From assembly GCA_963920595.1 (NCBI GenBank), contig OY986946.1:7564001-7628000 (forward strand): a stretch of DNA of 64,000 bases. Direction: 5' to 3'. The DNA is from Eimeria praecox. Its lineage: Eukaryota. Below, one piece after another: positions 44,834 to 57,896 of the stretch (position 1 is its first letter; each line of letters begins with the position of its first letter). The notes below the pieces were generated by a model. It was not told the DNA's origin, searched no databases, and saw nothing but the letters and a program-made list of their open reading frames with translations. The position numbers were made by a program, and so were the translations under genes.

Positions 44834-46684
44834 ATGCCGCCTGAGCATCCCACACATTTCCCACGTACTTCTTCATGCACACAGCTGCAGCAGCACCAAC
44901 AGCAGCAGCGTATTGTGGTTGCATTCAATGTTTCAAAGGGAGAGACGGTAGATCCAAATGACCCTTCTCTGCGACGCTGCTGCCGTCTGCTGCAGCAGCT
45001 GGGCTGCACATGTGTCGTCAACCGATCTCTCCTCAACCTGGAGAGATTGCACCGCCACGGCGTATCCCTGCTCATTTTGGGCAATCCAGTCAAGCCCTTT
45101 ACTGCAGATGAGCTCCTGTCTCTGAAACTCTTTCTCCAAGCATCACATACTGACACAGTACCAGGCCCATCAGTCGCCAACGTTCCGGATGCAGTTGTTG
45201 CTACTGGGCTTCAAACAGCTGCCACGGTAGTTACAGCTCCGCCGCCTTCCACCAGCGACGAGCCGGTTCCACTGGGTGATCCAAGTGTGCATGCCACGAA
45301 GGCACGGGATTCTACAGGGAGGACAGCAGGGAATGCTGGTTGTTCCTCTCATGCAAAAGCATCAACCGCAAGTGTGCGGCAGGTCCGCAGCATTCTCGTT
45401 CTAGGTGGCAGCAACAGTAGCAGTAGCAACGTAAACTTCTTGCTTGAAGAGATGGGTCTTTCCCTTGCTGCAGATTCTGTTGTTTCTGCAGTTCCCCCGA
45501 CGCCGCAGCAGCAGCAGCGCGGCGTATACCACCCAAGAGAAGTGCTGCTCCAGCAGGACCAGCTCGTAGGAGAAAAGATACAGCAGGAAATGCAACGACA
45601 GCAACAGCAGCAGCAGAGCGGTAGCAGCAACGGCAGCGATTGCACCGGCGGTGTATTTGTTTATCCTTACGGGTCCACTGTCTATGTTCAAGCTCCTGCG
45701 GTGCCACTGCTATGCAGCAGTAACTACTGCAGCCCTTCGCAGCGTCCGCTCATTGGGGCTGCTGCTGCTGCTGGAGGAGGGGTTCTGATCGCTGCTGGTA
45801 GTAGCAAGCTGCTGCAGGACCCTTACTTGAACCTTTACAGTAATACAGAATTAGTGCGTCTGCTTCTGCAGCTGCTCCTGGGTCGTGTGTCTCTGGATCA
45901 GCTGCAGCCAACCACAGGGGAAGTAACAGCAGCAATAAGCAAGTATACCCGACAGATAGACACAGAGGTGCTTTCGCTGCTGCCGCAGCCGTGCCTAGAG
46001 GCCCCGCCAGATGTTCCTAGGGAGTTTCGACTGCTGCATCAGCAGCAGAGTTTTGCGCTGCAGCCGCGACTGCTGCTACGCCTGCAGCAACTACTGCAGC
46101 AGATAAATACGAACTCCATAGGCACGCCACTTGAACTTATCAAGCCAAAATTGCTGCAGCCCTTCCCCCCCCTGAGGCCTGCACTGCACCCCCCAATAGC
46201 CCCATCTTTCCCTGTCCCCTCCCTGCCCTTAGTTGACTTGGACAGCCTCATGATGTCTCCGCAACAACGGCTTCTTGCTGCAGCTGCAGATGCCGCTGCA
46301 ACCTTCGGTGCAAATGCGCAAGCTAGTGCTGCAGCTGAGAGCCTAAGAACTACAGCAGGGGACCCCATAGTACCGCAACCAGAGGCCGCAGCAACAACAT
46401 CGGCAGCACAGTCTCAGAGAGAAAACTCTCTAGTGAACTTCATATTGACAGCTGCGAAAGTAACTTGCCTGTTCCCCAGCCATGGGGAGCAACAACAAAA
46501 TCACTTTCATCCACAGCAACAGAAGGAGCAACGGCAACAAAACTACAGCAAAGGGCAGCAGTACGAAGCAATGGGCAGGGAGGCCAGAGCTCGAGCGGCT
46601 CTGGTTCGTTTGCTTGTCCATACCCTAGAAAGGCGCTGTAACAAATCGCAGCAGCAAACTGATGATCCTGCGGAAACAGTCTGA
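44834..46684 (+). CDS. IFT52: Intraflagellar transport protein 52 homolog (apparently single exon)
   Basis: VAFNVSKGE, PVKPFTADEL..LK.FL, SNVNFLLEEMG, YHPREVL, FVYPYGST.YVQAPAVPLL, GSSKLLQDPYL..YSN, and L.LIKP...P.P.LRPA..PP..P...LPLVDLD match the IFT52 family pattern. The first ATG is at 44834. Confidence 0.88.
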   Translation: MPPEHPTHFPRTSSCTQLQQHQQQQRIVVAFNVSKGETVDPNDPSLRRCCRLLQQLGCTCVVNRSLLNLERLHRHGVSLLILGNPVKPFTADELLSLKLFLQASHTDTVPGPSVANVPDAVVATGLQTAATVVTAPPPSTSDEPVPLGDPSVHATKARDSTGRTAGNAGCSSHAKASTASVRQVRSILVLGGSNSSSSNVNFLLEEMGLSLAADSVVSAVPPTPQQQQRGVYHPREVLLQQDQLVGEKIQQEMQRQQQQQQSGSSNGSDCTGGVFVYPYGSTVYVQAPAVPLLCSSNYCSPSQRPLIGAAAAAGGGVLIAAGSSKLLQDPYLNLYSNTELVRLLLQLLLGRVSLDQLQPTTGEVTAAISKYTRQIDTEVLSLLPQPCLEAPPDVPREFRLLHQQQSFALQPRLLLRLQQLLQQINTNSIGTPLELIKPKLLQPFPPLRPALHPPIAPSFPVPSLPLVDLDSLMMSPQQRLLAAAADAAATFGANAQASAAAESLRTTAGDPIVPQPEAAATTSAAQSQRENSLVNFILTAAKVTCLFPSHGEQQQNHFHPQQQKEQRQQNYSKGQQYEAMGREARARAALVRLLVHTLERRCNKSQQQTDDPAETV

Positions 46685-46996
46685 GTTATCTCTGCAGTGC
46701 TGCCGCTGCAGCTTTTCAATTCACTGCTTGTGCAAGGGCTTTTCTTACTAGTTCTTAAAGGCACAATGGTCAATCGAAGCATATACGCATATACGCACAT
46801 ATTAAGGCGCTCAGCACGCGCACGTCAAGGGTCTGGGAGAGACGCGCAGCATATGGATTTCAGGGTCTGGGAGGATAAGCCGCAAACAGGTCCCCAAAAC
46901 AAAGCAGATAGCAAGAAGAACAGCTGATAATTTAAACAAATAGTCAACGCGGTGTTTTCGTTGTTGCAGTGGCCGAGGCATTCTCGACAGCCATTT

Positions 46997-49900
46997 CTAT
47001 ATCCCTGCGCCTTTCTCTAACTGTACCCAGAAAGAGCAACCTTTGCTTGGAGGACGCTTCGGGTCCATAGTTCCTGATGCATGTGTCACATCTAGGTCTC
47101 TACGAGCAGCTGAAGTGGACACGGGCAGCATACTGTGCTGCTGCAAAAGCTTCTCGAGAGACTCAAGGGCCCTCAAGCCTCTACTGCTGCTGCTGTTTTC
47201 TCCGTCACAAGAAGCAACAGCGGGAGAAGAAAGCGAAGCGTGTGCACTACAAGTCGATCTGCTGCAGCTGCTACAGCCAGGCGGGTCTGCTGAAACACTA
47301 CGATTGACGCCTGACCTGTTTCTGCTGCTGCTCCCGCTGCGGTTGGAGCTAAGTGTGCGTGCACTGAAGAGAGGCACTCTACTGCGGCATCTGCCGCTGC
47401 TGCCCATTCCTTTTTGACGAGCTTGTAGCAGCAGCTGCTGCTCCCTGCTGGCTAAACTTCGCAGCTCGTCCCTGCAGAGCGCCTCCTGCGACTGCAATGC
47501 GAGCTCTTCCTGCTGCAACTGGTGCAATTGCCGCCTCTCTGCATCTGCTCGTTGCTGCAGCTGCTGCAACTGTCGTTGAGCATTCTGCCTGGCATTTGCT
47601 GCTGCATCTCTCTCTGTATGAGCTCGCTGCAGTATCCACTTGGCGCTGCAGCAAGTGCAACAGCAAGGAACAGCAGGCCACTAGCATTTTAAGCAGCGAA
47701 TAGCTGAAGCAGCCTCTATGAATGCTTCTGTGCACCACAGTTAATGTGCAGTATTACTGCTAGAAGGCGACTAAAGAGAACAATGCGGCAGCAATATGCT
47801 CACCTGCTCGCTTCCCTTGACCAATACTGAATTGCAGCGCGCACTTTGCTCCAGCCTGCTGCGGCTAATAGTAGTCGCAGTGCTTCTTCCTTTTCTGTGT
47901 CTTGTGCATCGGCAAAAAAGCCTCCAAAGTGCCCGTGTGCTGCGTCATCAGCTCTTGCTGCTGCTGGCGCCAGACTTTCCGTTGTTGCGAGCGCAGGGTC
48001 CTCTGTGGAGGCCAAGGCAGCAGAAGCAGCCTCAAGCTTTTGCTTGTTTTTGACAGCAGCGGCAAACCGGGTGCTTTGTTGGAGGAGATCTTGATATGCT
48101 ATTTCACAACAACAGGACTGCCGCGCCAGCAGCTCATATACTTCAGCCTCTTCTTGTTGCCGCTGGTGCTGATAGCTTTCAATACTTTCGCGCTGTTGCT
48201 GCACCTGCAGTCAAGGACAGACAGTGACCCCTACTGCATAAGCGTATGGAACAGGCCTGCTTCAAATCCCAAGCAGTGAGCCTTGCAGAAACCTTTTAGG
48301 TCCGTCCAGTTTACGAACAACCCTCGCCTTTTAAGCGGTTCTCGCTTCTCAGTTCACAAAGGTCCGCAAGCAGTGCATTAGACTCATGAAGAGAGGCTCG
48401 AGCAGGCTCCCTGCAAACGTTTCCGACAATTTGCTCTTTGAATACGTGCTGCTGCAAATTCGTGCAGCTCCATTCTTGCTGCAACTGCTTTTGCTGGGCT
48501 TGGGGACACCAAACGTGATGCAACCCTGGGCTCCTGCGTCAAAAAGCAGCAACGTCGTCACTTGTGCATCAGAGCAGGACTTACGTTCTTCAACTGCTGC
48601 TGCAGCTGCTTCATCCGTTTTCTAGCGGCGACGGCCGAGCTACGGACCCCGCTTAGTTCACTCTGCAGCACCGCGAGCTGGTTGCCACCAGTGTTCTCTT
48701 TGCTGCAGCAAGAGGTGTCCATCCGCTTGCTTCCTGAGGATGATTCCTTGAGCTGCTGCTGATTCATGTCTCCGTGCATGCTGGTTGGGTAGCTGGAATT
48801 ATTAGCCACTTTCGGCAGTAGATATGCCGCTGGACCAAATCGAGGTGTGTCCCCAGGCCTCAATGGCTGTGGTGGCTGTTCCTCAGCGCTGCAGCTGCTC
48901 TCGCTGCCTCTAGATAAATCCCTCCCCTGGAAGAAACCAAAAGGGCTCCTTAGCTTGGTGTTCGTGCAGCTGCTGCTGTTGCTGCTGTCGCTCCCCACGC
49001 TACTCGTTCGGGGGGAGCTGTTGCTGCTGCTTCTGTGCACAGCGCGGAAGCTGCAGCTTCTGTCGTTGCCGTCTACATGCAGTTCAGTGTCACATGTATC
49101 GGCGCTACTCTGGCGGCTTTGCTTAGGAGCGTCCGAGCGATTTTGCGGTTGCTGCTGTTTATCTTTGGTCTTTGAGGGGTCAAGAACTTCTATCGACCGC
49201 TTCTGCATAAGCACAGCGGCTAGCAAATGCGTGCTCTTCCCCGTTTCACCCATGGTTTGTGCATCTGTGTTTGTTGCTGCAGGAAAATTTTCAGTCTTCG
49301 TAGGCTCAGCAACACGCGATTCATCAGGTGGCTCTAGCGCAACTTCAGAAGCAGCACCAGCAGCTGCTGCATCTGGCACTGCAGACTTGTCTAAATTCGT
49401 CTGTTTGAGAAGTTCCTCGTCGATCCGTTCCCCTCCTCTCACGCACGCCTGTTGCAGCAGCAGCAGCTGCTGCCGCTGTTGTTGGACCGTCTGCTGCGCC
49501 GCAGAAAGCGTTTCTCTCAGCTTTGTTGCCGTTGCTGACTCTAGACTTAGACGCTCATGGAGCGCTGCTTCTTCCCGTTGCAGCAGCAGCAGCTGCTGTT
49601 GCTGCTCCTCGTCCTGACGCTGACCCAAACAACGGACGCATCAACACTGGTTTTAATGAAAAGCACCAGCAGCCGGCGCAACAGCATAACTACTGAAGGG
49701 AGAGAGACCTCTGGCAGCAGCAGTCTCACATTCACTCACTGCAAGACACTTGAGCTTTTGTTGCTGGAGCAGCAGCTGCTGTTGTTGCTGTTCCAGCTTG
49801 CCTTGTAGTTGCTCGGCCTTCCGTTGCTCTTCATCTCGCTCCTGCTGTAGCTGAAGGGTCTGCGCTAGGTGCTGTTTGCACGTTTCCTCGTATTGTTGTT

Positions 49901-52900
49901 GCTGTTTCTGCTGCTGTTGCTGTAGCTGGCATAGCTGTCCCTCCACGGCGGCCTTCTCTTGCATGAGACAGCGCAGCAGCTGCTGCTTTGTGGAAATTTG
50001 CTGCTGTTGCTCCTCATTTTGTTGCTGCAGGGCCTCGCGTTTTCCTGTTTCCTCAGCTAACAACTCCTGTAGAAAGCGACAGCAGCAAAGCTTGAAGGTT
50101 GACTTAACGCAGTCGCGCAAGGACAGCAGCGCACCTTGCTGCTTCACGAGTGTCTGCTGCCAACCAAAAGCAGCAAGAACCAGTTGAAGTAAAGAAGAAA
50201 CCACGACAGCGTAAAACAGCGACTGCAGCTACGACGAACACACCTGCAGCTCATGCTTAAGCGTAGTTAGCTCGTGCCTCGCCAGCAACAGCTCATCGGT
50301 GTTGCTGTTGCCCTTTCGCAACAACTCGCGCTGTGCCGCAACTTCCCGCCGCAACTGCTGCTCCTGCTGCAGCAGCTGTTGTAAACGTTGGCTTGATTCG
50401 GCCTGTAGAAAACCGTGAACCGAAATTTTAGCTTAGGCAGAGGAAGTGACAGCAGGTATGTGGGTACTGGATGGGAATGAAGCGGAAAAAGAGGCAACGT
50501 GCCGTATAGACCCTTGACGCAGCAACCAATCCGTCAAGAGCAACACAAGGACTCACACTTCTAGAAATGCGACCAGCACCATCGCTTTCACCAGCCAGAA
50601 CAGCTATTTCAGCTGTGATACTCTTTGCACCGTACCTGGAGTAGCGCATATCGCTCTTCGTGCTCTCGTTCAACAGCTTCGTTCTGCTGTTTAAATTGCT
50701 GCAGTTGTAGCCGCAGCGACGCTATTTCGTCTTCTTGCTGTTGTTGCTTCCGTTGCAGCCGTAATAGCTGCTGCTGCTGCTCGTGGATCGTCTGATGTTG
50801 CTGTTGCTGCTGTGAAGCTGCTGCAGCAAGCCGTTTTCGGGCTTCTTCGAGCTCCTCAGATTGCAGCAGCACAAATTGCCTCTCCCTGCAAAGCGACGCA
50901 AGACACCCCAAATTCACAACTCAGCACTGTCTTCTAAAGCAGCCTGTAACAGGTGGTGGGGGGCAGAGGAAAGACAAACCGACCAGCCCCCCCCACTGCT
51001 GTTGATCTGGGCACATTGCGACAACACGCATAACGAATACTGGCGGTTGATTAGCTTCGCGAATTCTGCCTGGGCCAACAGTTTTAGGATCTGCGATTAC
51101 CTCTCTAGCTGCAGTTTGTCAGCTTCTTTCTCGCGCTGCAGACTCTGCAATCTGGCCTCTTTGTGAGAGGCAGCTGCATTCAGCTGCTCCACAGCCTGCA
51201 GCATTTGCTGCTCCTGCTTCTGCTGCTTTTCCCGCTGCTGCTGCGCATCTTTCGCGGCCTGCTCCTGCAGGAGGGTCAGCTGCTGCTGGTGCTGCTGTAA
51301 CTGTTGCTCCTGCTGTTGCAACTTCTGGCGTAGGAGGGTGTTGCTTTCCGTAACTCGCCTCAATTCGGCTGCCTTGGCTCTCTGTTGCTTATCATTTTCC
51401 GCTTTTTCCTACATGCAAAAGCCACAGCAAAATCCAAAAACCTAGCCACAAAAAACACCAAGTAGATGCTAGAAAAGCAGTAGCAGCAGACACAAAGCAG
51501 GCAGCGGTATCCACAAGTAGGCTTGCAGCACGTTGAAGGCTTAGGTATATTCACATCTTCTCTCTGCAGCCTGAGTGTTTCTAGTGCTTCTTGAGCCTCC
51601 TGTAGTTGCTGCTGCAGCTGCTCCCTTTCGCTGCTGGCTGCTTGCTGCTGTTGAAGTAGCTGCTGCAATTGCCTTTGATGTTGCTGCTGGGCTTCCTGCA
51701 GCTTTTTCTGGTGGGCACACTTGAGCTCCTGAATCTGTTCCAGGTGTTGCTGCTGCATCGCCTGCTGCTGCTTTAGGCGCTCCTCAGCCTGCTGCGCTGC
51801 TGCTGCTGCTGCCTCCCGCTGTTCCTCCTGCTGAGTTCGCAGCATTTCAACCTAAAAGCACAAACCCTCAAGCATGAGTACTATCCTGGAGCAAACGAAG
51901 GATAAACGAGCCATGGCTGCTACCTGGTGCGCCTTTTGGGTCCTTATTTGAAGGTCATAGCTCACGAGTTTTTCTTGTTGCTGCTTAGCTCCCGCGGTGT
52001 GCCGCAACTCCAGTTGCAGCAAGGTGATGCTCTGCTGCAGTTGCTGTTTCTGCTCGTCATGTGCTGAAGCTGCCTCAGCTGCTGCGGCCGCAGCTGTTCC
52101 AACCTGCACCACAGCCGGATATGGTCGATCGCCTAGAGACTGCAATGCGGACTTTGAAGCTGCATAGCTACACTCCTAATGTAACTTGCCTGTCTGTCAC
52201 AAACAGATTTGAACCCCATAAGGCTGTTTTCCATCCATATCGCAGCGTCTTTTAGGTTGTGCTGTAGTAGCTTTCGGAGAAGCTGAAGCTGCTGCTGCAA
52301 AGCGCCAACAGCAGCGGCTGCAGCAACAGTGAGACGCTTTTGCTGGCGCTGGAAGCGGACCGCCCGCTCCTGTTGCTGCTGCTGCCTTGAATGTAGGGCA
52401 AGCTCTTCCTGTTGCAGTTGATGCTGCCTCTCTTTCAGCTCGTTCTCTGCCTTTTGATGGTGCAGCTTTTGTTGCTGCAACAGGAGCTGCTGCGCCTCTA
52501 GCACGTGGAGTTGCTGCTGCTGTTGTTGCTGTTGCAGAACCAGTTTTCCTTGTTGCATTGCACCTTCCTTTTTTCGGAGCTTTGTTCCTCCTTCTTCGTG
52601 GTGATGCTGCTGTTGCCCTTCCTCTGGTTGCGCCGCCTTCTGCTGGTGCTCGGGCGGACTGACCTTGCTGTGTTTCTCTGTGCAAAGATGGAAGGGCTCT
52701 GGGGAAGAATCCACTTTACTGTTCCGTTCGTTGAATGCGGTGGCTCTGTTTTCTTTGCGAATAACGCCATTACTGCTGCTCGCGGATCTGCGACTGTTGC
52801 TTCTCTTGGTGCTGCGGTGGCTTTGCTGGTGCTTGCTTCTCTCTTTTCGTCCTGCTAGGGTCTTAGACTGCAGCAAGCAACACTGCGGCTGTAGCTGCCT

Positions 52901-54013
52901 CCGTTGCAGCAACTCCTCCTGTTGCTGCCGCAGTATGTGCTCCTGCTGCTGCTCTCGTCTGCTCGATCCATCGCCTAGCAGAAGACGGCGACTGCGGGAA
53001 ACGAGAGAGGCAACCGAGTCCCTGCTGCTTCTGCTGCCGTCGCTATGAAATTCTTGCTGTTGCAGCAGCTGCTGATGCTTTCCTTGCTGGGGCTGCGTCT
53101 CATGTTGATCCTTTGCATCCTGCTCCTGCTGGTGATGCTGCTGACAGGGTCTACCACACGATCTCTTTATAGTGCGTCTACTGCTGCGGTAGCGTCTGCT
53201 CCTGTTCCTAGTATTGTGCCTGCTGCTCCTGCTGCTGCTCCTAGTCCTAAGTCTGTTAACCGTTGGCTTCTGCCCTCTACCTCTGCCGTCAGCACCCGTG
53301 CTGATGCTCCTGCGGGGCTCCTGGCTGCTTCGCCTGGACCTGGCTCTGATTCGGCCCATGCTGTTGCTGTCCCCGCTGGCCTTGCTGCTGTTACGACGCC
53401 TTGCAGTACGGGTACAGCTGTCTCTCCTCAGGAGCGACGAGCAGTCCGCCGACCTTCTATATGAGTATTTTGGCCTTCTGGAACTGGTGCTACGACTGCT
53501 TGCCCGGCTACTAGGTTGTGAATCACTTGCGCAGCAGGAGATAACCTCTTTGCCTACGAGCCTTTGCCGGTGTCGCCCGAGGCGTTGCTGACAGTGTGGC
53601 TGAAGATGCCACCTACGTTGGTGCTCCCGAAGGCAGTCTGTTCCTGTCGGTTGCCACCTTTGCTGCAGCTGCTGCATCTGCTCGCGTTGCAGCAGCTGCC
53701 AGCTCGCTGAAGTTGCACTCATTACATCTACAGCAGCAGCTTTCACAGCTTCCACTGCTGCCGCAGATGCATGGCCAGCCTGAAGGCCTCGCCTTCGAAG
53801 GCCACCCTTCTCATCACGCCCATGCAGGTAGCTGCTCTTGCTGCTGTTAACCCGGGGCTCCTCATCCTGCTGCTTCACCAGCTGCTGCGGCAGAGATCGG
53901 CCATGCTGTCTCGCTAACAACTGCTGTTGCTGCTGCTGATCGTCAGGAGGCATCCCACTGCCTCCTCCAATATGGTTGTTGAGGAGCAGAGAGAAGAAAT
54001 CTTCTTCCGCCAT
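46997..54013 (-). CDS. Large multi-exon Gln/Ser-rich coiled-coil protein of unknown function
   Basis: A chain of minus-strand ORFs (52133-54058, 51360-51845, 51097-51363, 50609-50917, 49653-50204, 48558-49628, 47800-48204, 46997-47569) with heptad-like Q/E/L/K content and short GT..AG gaps. First ATG (MAEEDFF) at 54013. Exon boundaries were not fully resolved. Confidence 0.65.
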
Positions 54014-54527
54014 TGTTGTTGCTGCACTTCCTGCTGCTGCTGCCCTTTCTGTTGCCACTGTTGCCCTATGTCAGCTGATGCCGTCTCCAGTAAGTGCTGC
54101 ATGACGGATACTTTCATGCCCGTTCCACACTCTAAGCATTTCAGTGCAACTGCTTCCTGAGCGCGCAGCGTTGGAGACTGTATCTGCTCACACCGCAAAG
54201 TGACTTCTCCGATCGACTAAGCCTTCGACAGTCTTCAAAGTCTTTTGCCCTTACTACGGTTCATTTTGCTGTTGGTTTCAATGGCACTGATTATAAAGCC
54301 GTCGGATTTACTGACGCGCTGCTACCGGCCGGACTGCAGCGCTGCTAGTAGCACAGGCGTTCAAGCCCCGGTGTGTCTCAGCGCGTCTGGGCCTATCCAA
54401 GGATATACAATGTTGAATTGTTAAATAATGCGCAGTGGGGAAAATGTTAAGCCTGTCAATGCAATATTTAGGGACTTACGGTCCTTCGGTCCGTGGCCAG
54501 TTGAATGCTGGCGGGCGTCAGAGTGAC

Positions 54528-54899
54528 TGTAGTGTCCGGCACTACAATGTACCGGGAATTAGGCTTTCAAAACGATAAGAAGAGAAATACGGCTATTTAG
54601 TGAGGTTCTGTTTATCAAATTGAAGCAATTAATTGCCGATCGACTATCGCCAAGCCCCTAGGGCCCGGGTATAGCTCGCAATCGCGACATGGGCTCCCGC
54701 GGGTCCGCCCTAGGGCGCCGTGGGCGGCCGAGTCGGTCTGAGTTATTAGAACGGCTTTTTACACACATATCTGCCCTTTGGGGAGAACTTGATAACTCTA
54801 GCAAATTTTAGTCTGAAAGGGAGAGTTTAGGCTCGGGTGCTAAGGTGCACGTAATTGTCTCCGGAAATGGGAATGTAGCCCTGGTGGTACAGCGCTACA
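54528..54899 (+). mobile_element. Solo LTR (372 bp) with a perfect 5-bp TSD
   Basis: Starts TGTAGTGTCCGGCACTACA, ends GCGCTACA, and is flanked by GTGAC on both sides (54523-54527, 54900-54904). The 5' end resembles the LTR at 37117. Confidence 0.82.
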
Positions 54900-57896
54900 G
54901 TGACCGCTTCGTTTTCCACGCAGTTACTTTGAAGCTCTTTCCCACAATGCCTGACTTCAAGGGCTCTACCAACTATGTAGGCAAATTCAACTACCTTACA
55001 CTGTCTTTTCGTAGATAGATGGGCCCCCGTGCGCCATTGGGGCCTCTGGCAAGTGCCCTTCAAGCTACCGTGATAGCGGCTGCTCCTGTTGCTGACAGTA
55101 AGCTTGATAACCAGTGATTTCGAAATTAATAAAATTTTTAATCGTGTTTCGAGTGCTATTATAACATCAATTTCTCTGAGTATGCCAGGAAATGCATAGA
55201 GGCGCGAAAAGGCGCTAAAAGGCCAGTGGCCCGCAACGACCTCTTCCTGCCCTAAGGACCTGCTCTTCGCTTTGAAACCCCGTGGGGGATCTGTTCTACA
55301 TGTGCGGCGGAGCGTTTGGCTATTCAGAGACAGCAACTGTTAGGGTTTCCCACGACTACTCGACAGGGATAATGAGACCAGGTGAAAAGCACGCACAACA
55401 TTGTCGGCTGCCTCAGCGGCCTGCGTCAAGGCATTGTCCACCGTAGCCATAGGCCCGCCGAACGTAAATAGTTTAAAAGGAAGTTCGTTCACCTGGAACT
55501 GGCAGGGCAACAACGCTCCAAGAAAGGACCAGTGTGCAGAGACAGGGTTGACCGCTAAGGAGGTGGCGGTGGTAATGCAGTGCTAGGCCAGGGCATTGGG
55601 TGGTTGACCACCCAAAAAGCATATTCAGTTTCACTGTAGCAAGTCACTCAATTTGGTGCGGCCAGAACCAGGAACTAAAGGAGGCATATTGTTCCAGAGT
55701 TACGCCCTAGCCACTCTCGCCCCAGCCCAACCGTTCTGGGTGTACTGTACGCTGGCATCGCCCCCATGCTAAGCAGACAAAGACGCACATTGCTGCCTTT
55801 TACGATAGAATTCGGGGCAATTTCGACCAGGGATTTGCACCCAGCCTGAATACTGTTGTTGTTGGTCTGAGAGCCATTATCGTACGGGGCAAGTACAATC
55901 CGAGGCCGTGAGGTGCTTAGCTATTAGTTTTTAAGGCAAAAGAGAGTTCTTTTTAGCGCTGCAGCGCTGCCATTACCTTCCTTCTGCTTCCAGTAGGAGC
56001 CTCCGCACGATGGGGGATTATGGGTCTCCTGCCAGTCGGTCTGGTAACCGGCGGCGCCTCGGCATGCCTTTCCTCTTCCTCAATGCATCAATGAATTTCG
56101 CATAACCCTTCCAAAATTCAGTAAATAGCAACTATACCTACAGTAAATTCTGCTGTTCCGAGCGGAAATATCTTGCGCTTGGCCTTCTCGACAACTTGCT
56201 TTCCCGCGGGCTCTGCTTTTGCTGCTCTGCCCGAAATGCCTGGCAGGCTGCTACCGGATAGCGGAGGCACAGATAGAATGAGAATGACAAGGTAGAAACA
56301 TTCGTTTTAAAACGTGGGCAAAGCCTCCCAGCATTGTAGTCAGCGCGTATTGGGTGTTTTCCCTGGGGAAGCAGGACAGGAAATGCGCGAAGGAACTGCT
56401 GAAGTGGATCCCCAACAGATGAATATCTCACGGATATACCATATCTGCAAAGACTACGGCATACCCTGAACTCTCTCCGTTGCAGCCGCTTCATCTGTCT
56501 CTCGCGCTCATCGTTTTCTGTGCGTCTTTTTTGCTGTGATTATGTATCTTAACTTTATCTGCACTGCCGTGGCTCTGCAAACTAACGTCCTCATTGTCCC
56601 TATCTCTGAAAATGCACGTATCTGTGTATATCAGAAGCAGCGGCAAGCGATCAAGAACAGCAACAGACCTCTTGAAACCCACCAGCAAGAAGTGGGTCGT
56701 CTTCGCAGCGCCTGGGCCGCAATAGATTAACCAGTCCAAGAAAATAACGGGCTTAGGTATGTCATGGCATAGGATTCTGCCATATTGTTTGCTGATGCAA
56801 GCAATAAATACAGCGTACAGCATAAAGAATACCATATACCCTCAATAAACTTGGTCACAACTGTTCCCAGCCGAGAGAGAACTAGAAAGCAAACAACAAT
56901 GAATCGAATCCGGAGCAAAATAGCAGACGCCGTGGCATAACAGCGAGTCAGGAGGCTGTAAACACCCCAGCTGTCATCCTTTCCCGTCTGTTATTTGCAT
57001 CAAGCTGCATTTGACTACTCACAGCGCCGGCAGCAGCTGCCGCTACTGGTCCCCAGTGCCACGGGAAATAGATCTGCGGCTGTAAGGTTCATTGCTTCTA
57101 GTTCCAAAAGACTCAAACAAATGCTCAATATGGATAAAACACAACCAAATACGCACAATACTACCAGCAGCAACTGCTGCTGCAGTTGTGGCAACAGTCA
57201 ACCATTCCGCACTGAGGTCTTCCTTTGCGTGTACCATTTCCTTAAATGCGGGGGTTATCCTTTTGTGATTTCACACACTTGAGATCAACAGGCTCCCAAC
57301 GCGGCGGCGGCGATGCCTGCTCCTGTACTTGCCGTGTGTTTTTGCTGTGTATGCTGCCGTTGATTGCAGTGCCGGTGCCTCTGGTGCAAGCGTTGCACTT
57401 TCTGAGCATTCGCTGCTGCGCATGTTCCTGTTGGTAGTTAGTAGCATCGCCAAAGCTGCATGAGCGCACTACTGTGTGCATTGTAGCTTGTATTTCTTCA
57501 CATCATTGCTGCAGTGCCACTGAAGCTGCGCGTGCTGCTAATGTTGCGCATGCCGCTGCCGGGACTTTGCACGGTGCTGCTGCTGTTGCTTCTTAGCAAA
57601 ACAGGGGGCAGCAACGTGGGGGCAATAGCGGGTGATGCATTATAGCATTTTGGGGATCAGCAACATGATGACAAGAGCTGCTCCTGCTCTCCATGATGCT
57701 GCTGCTCCCATACGTTTTCTCTGCATTGCTGCCTCTTCTCAGTTGCTCTGCTTCCAGAGACAGTTCGAGCGAAAGCCCAACCTCTCAATTCCTTCTCTGC
57801 ATTTGCTGCACAAAATCCGAAGAAAGCCTAGCTATGCATTTACTTTCTGCCACCGCATTTGGTGCGCCTGCTTCTGCACATGAAGCGTGATTCTTG

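Noticed and set aside
48847..49617. Long plus-strand ORFs antisense to CAG-rich genes (also 58915-59874, 24208-24720, 27207-27686)
   Set aside because: These are shadow ORFs opposite well-supported minus-strand coding exons, with no recognisable motifs.
56138..57890. Short ORFs downstream of QSOX, including GPGAAKT
   Set aside because: The motif is not a proper P-loop, and no spliced product could be assembled with confidence.
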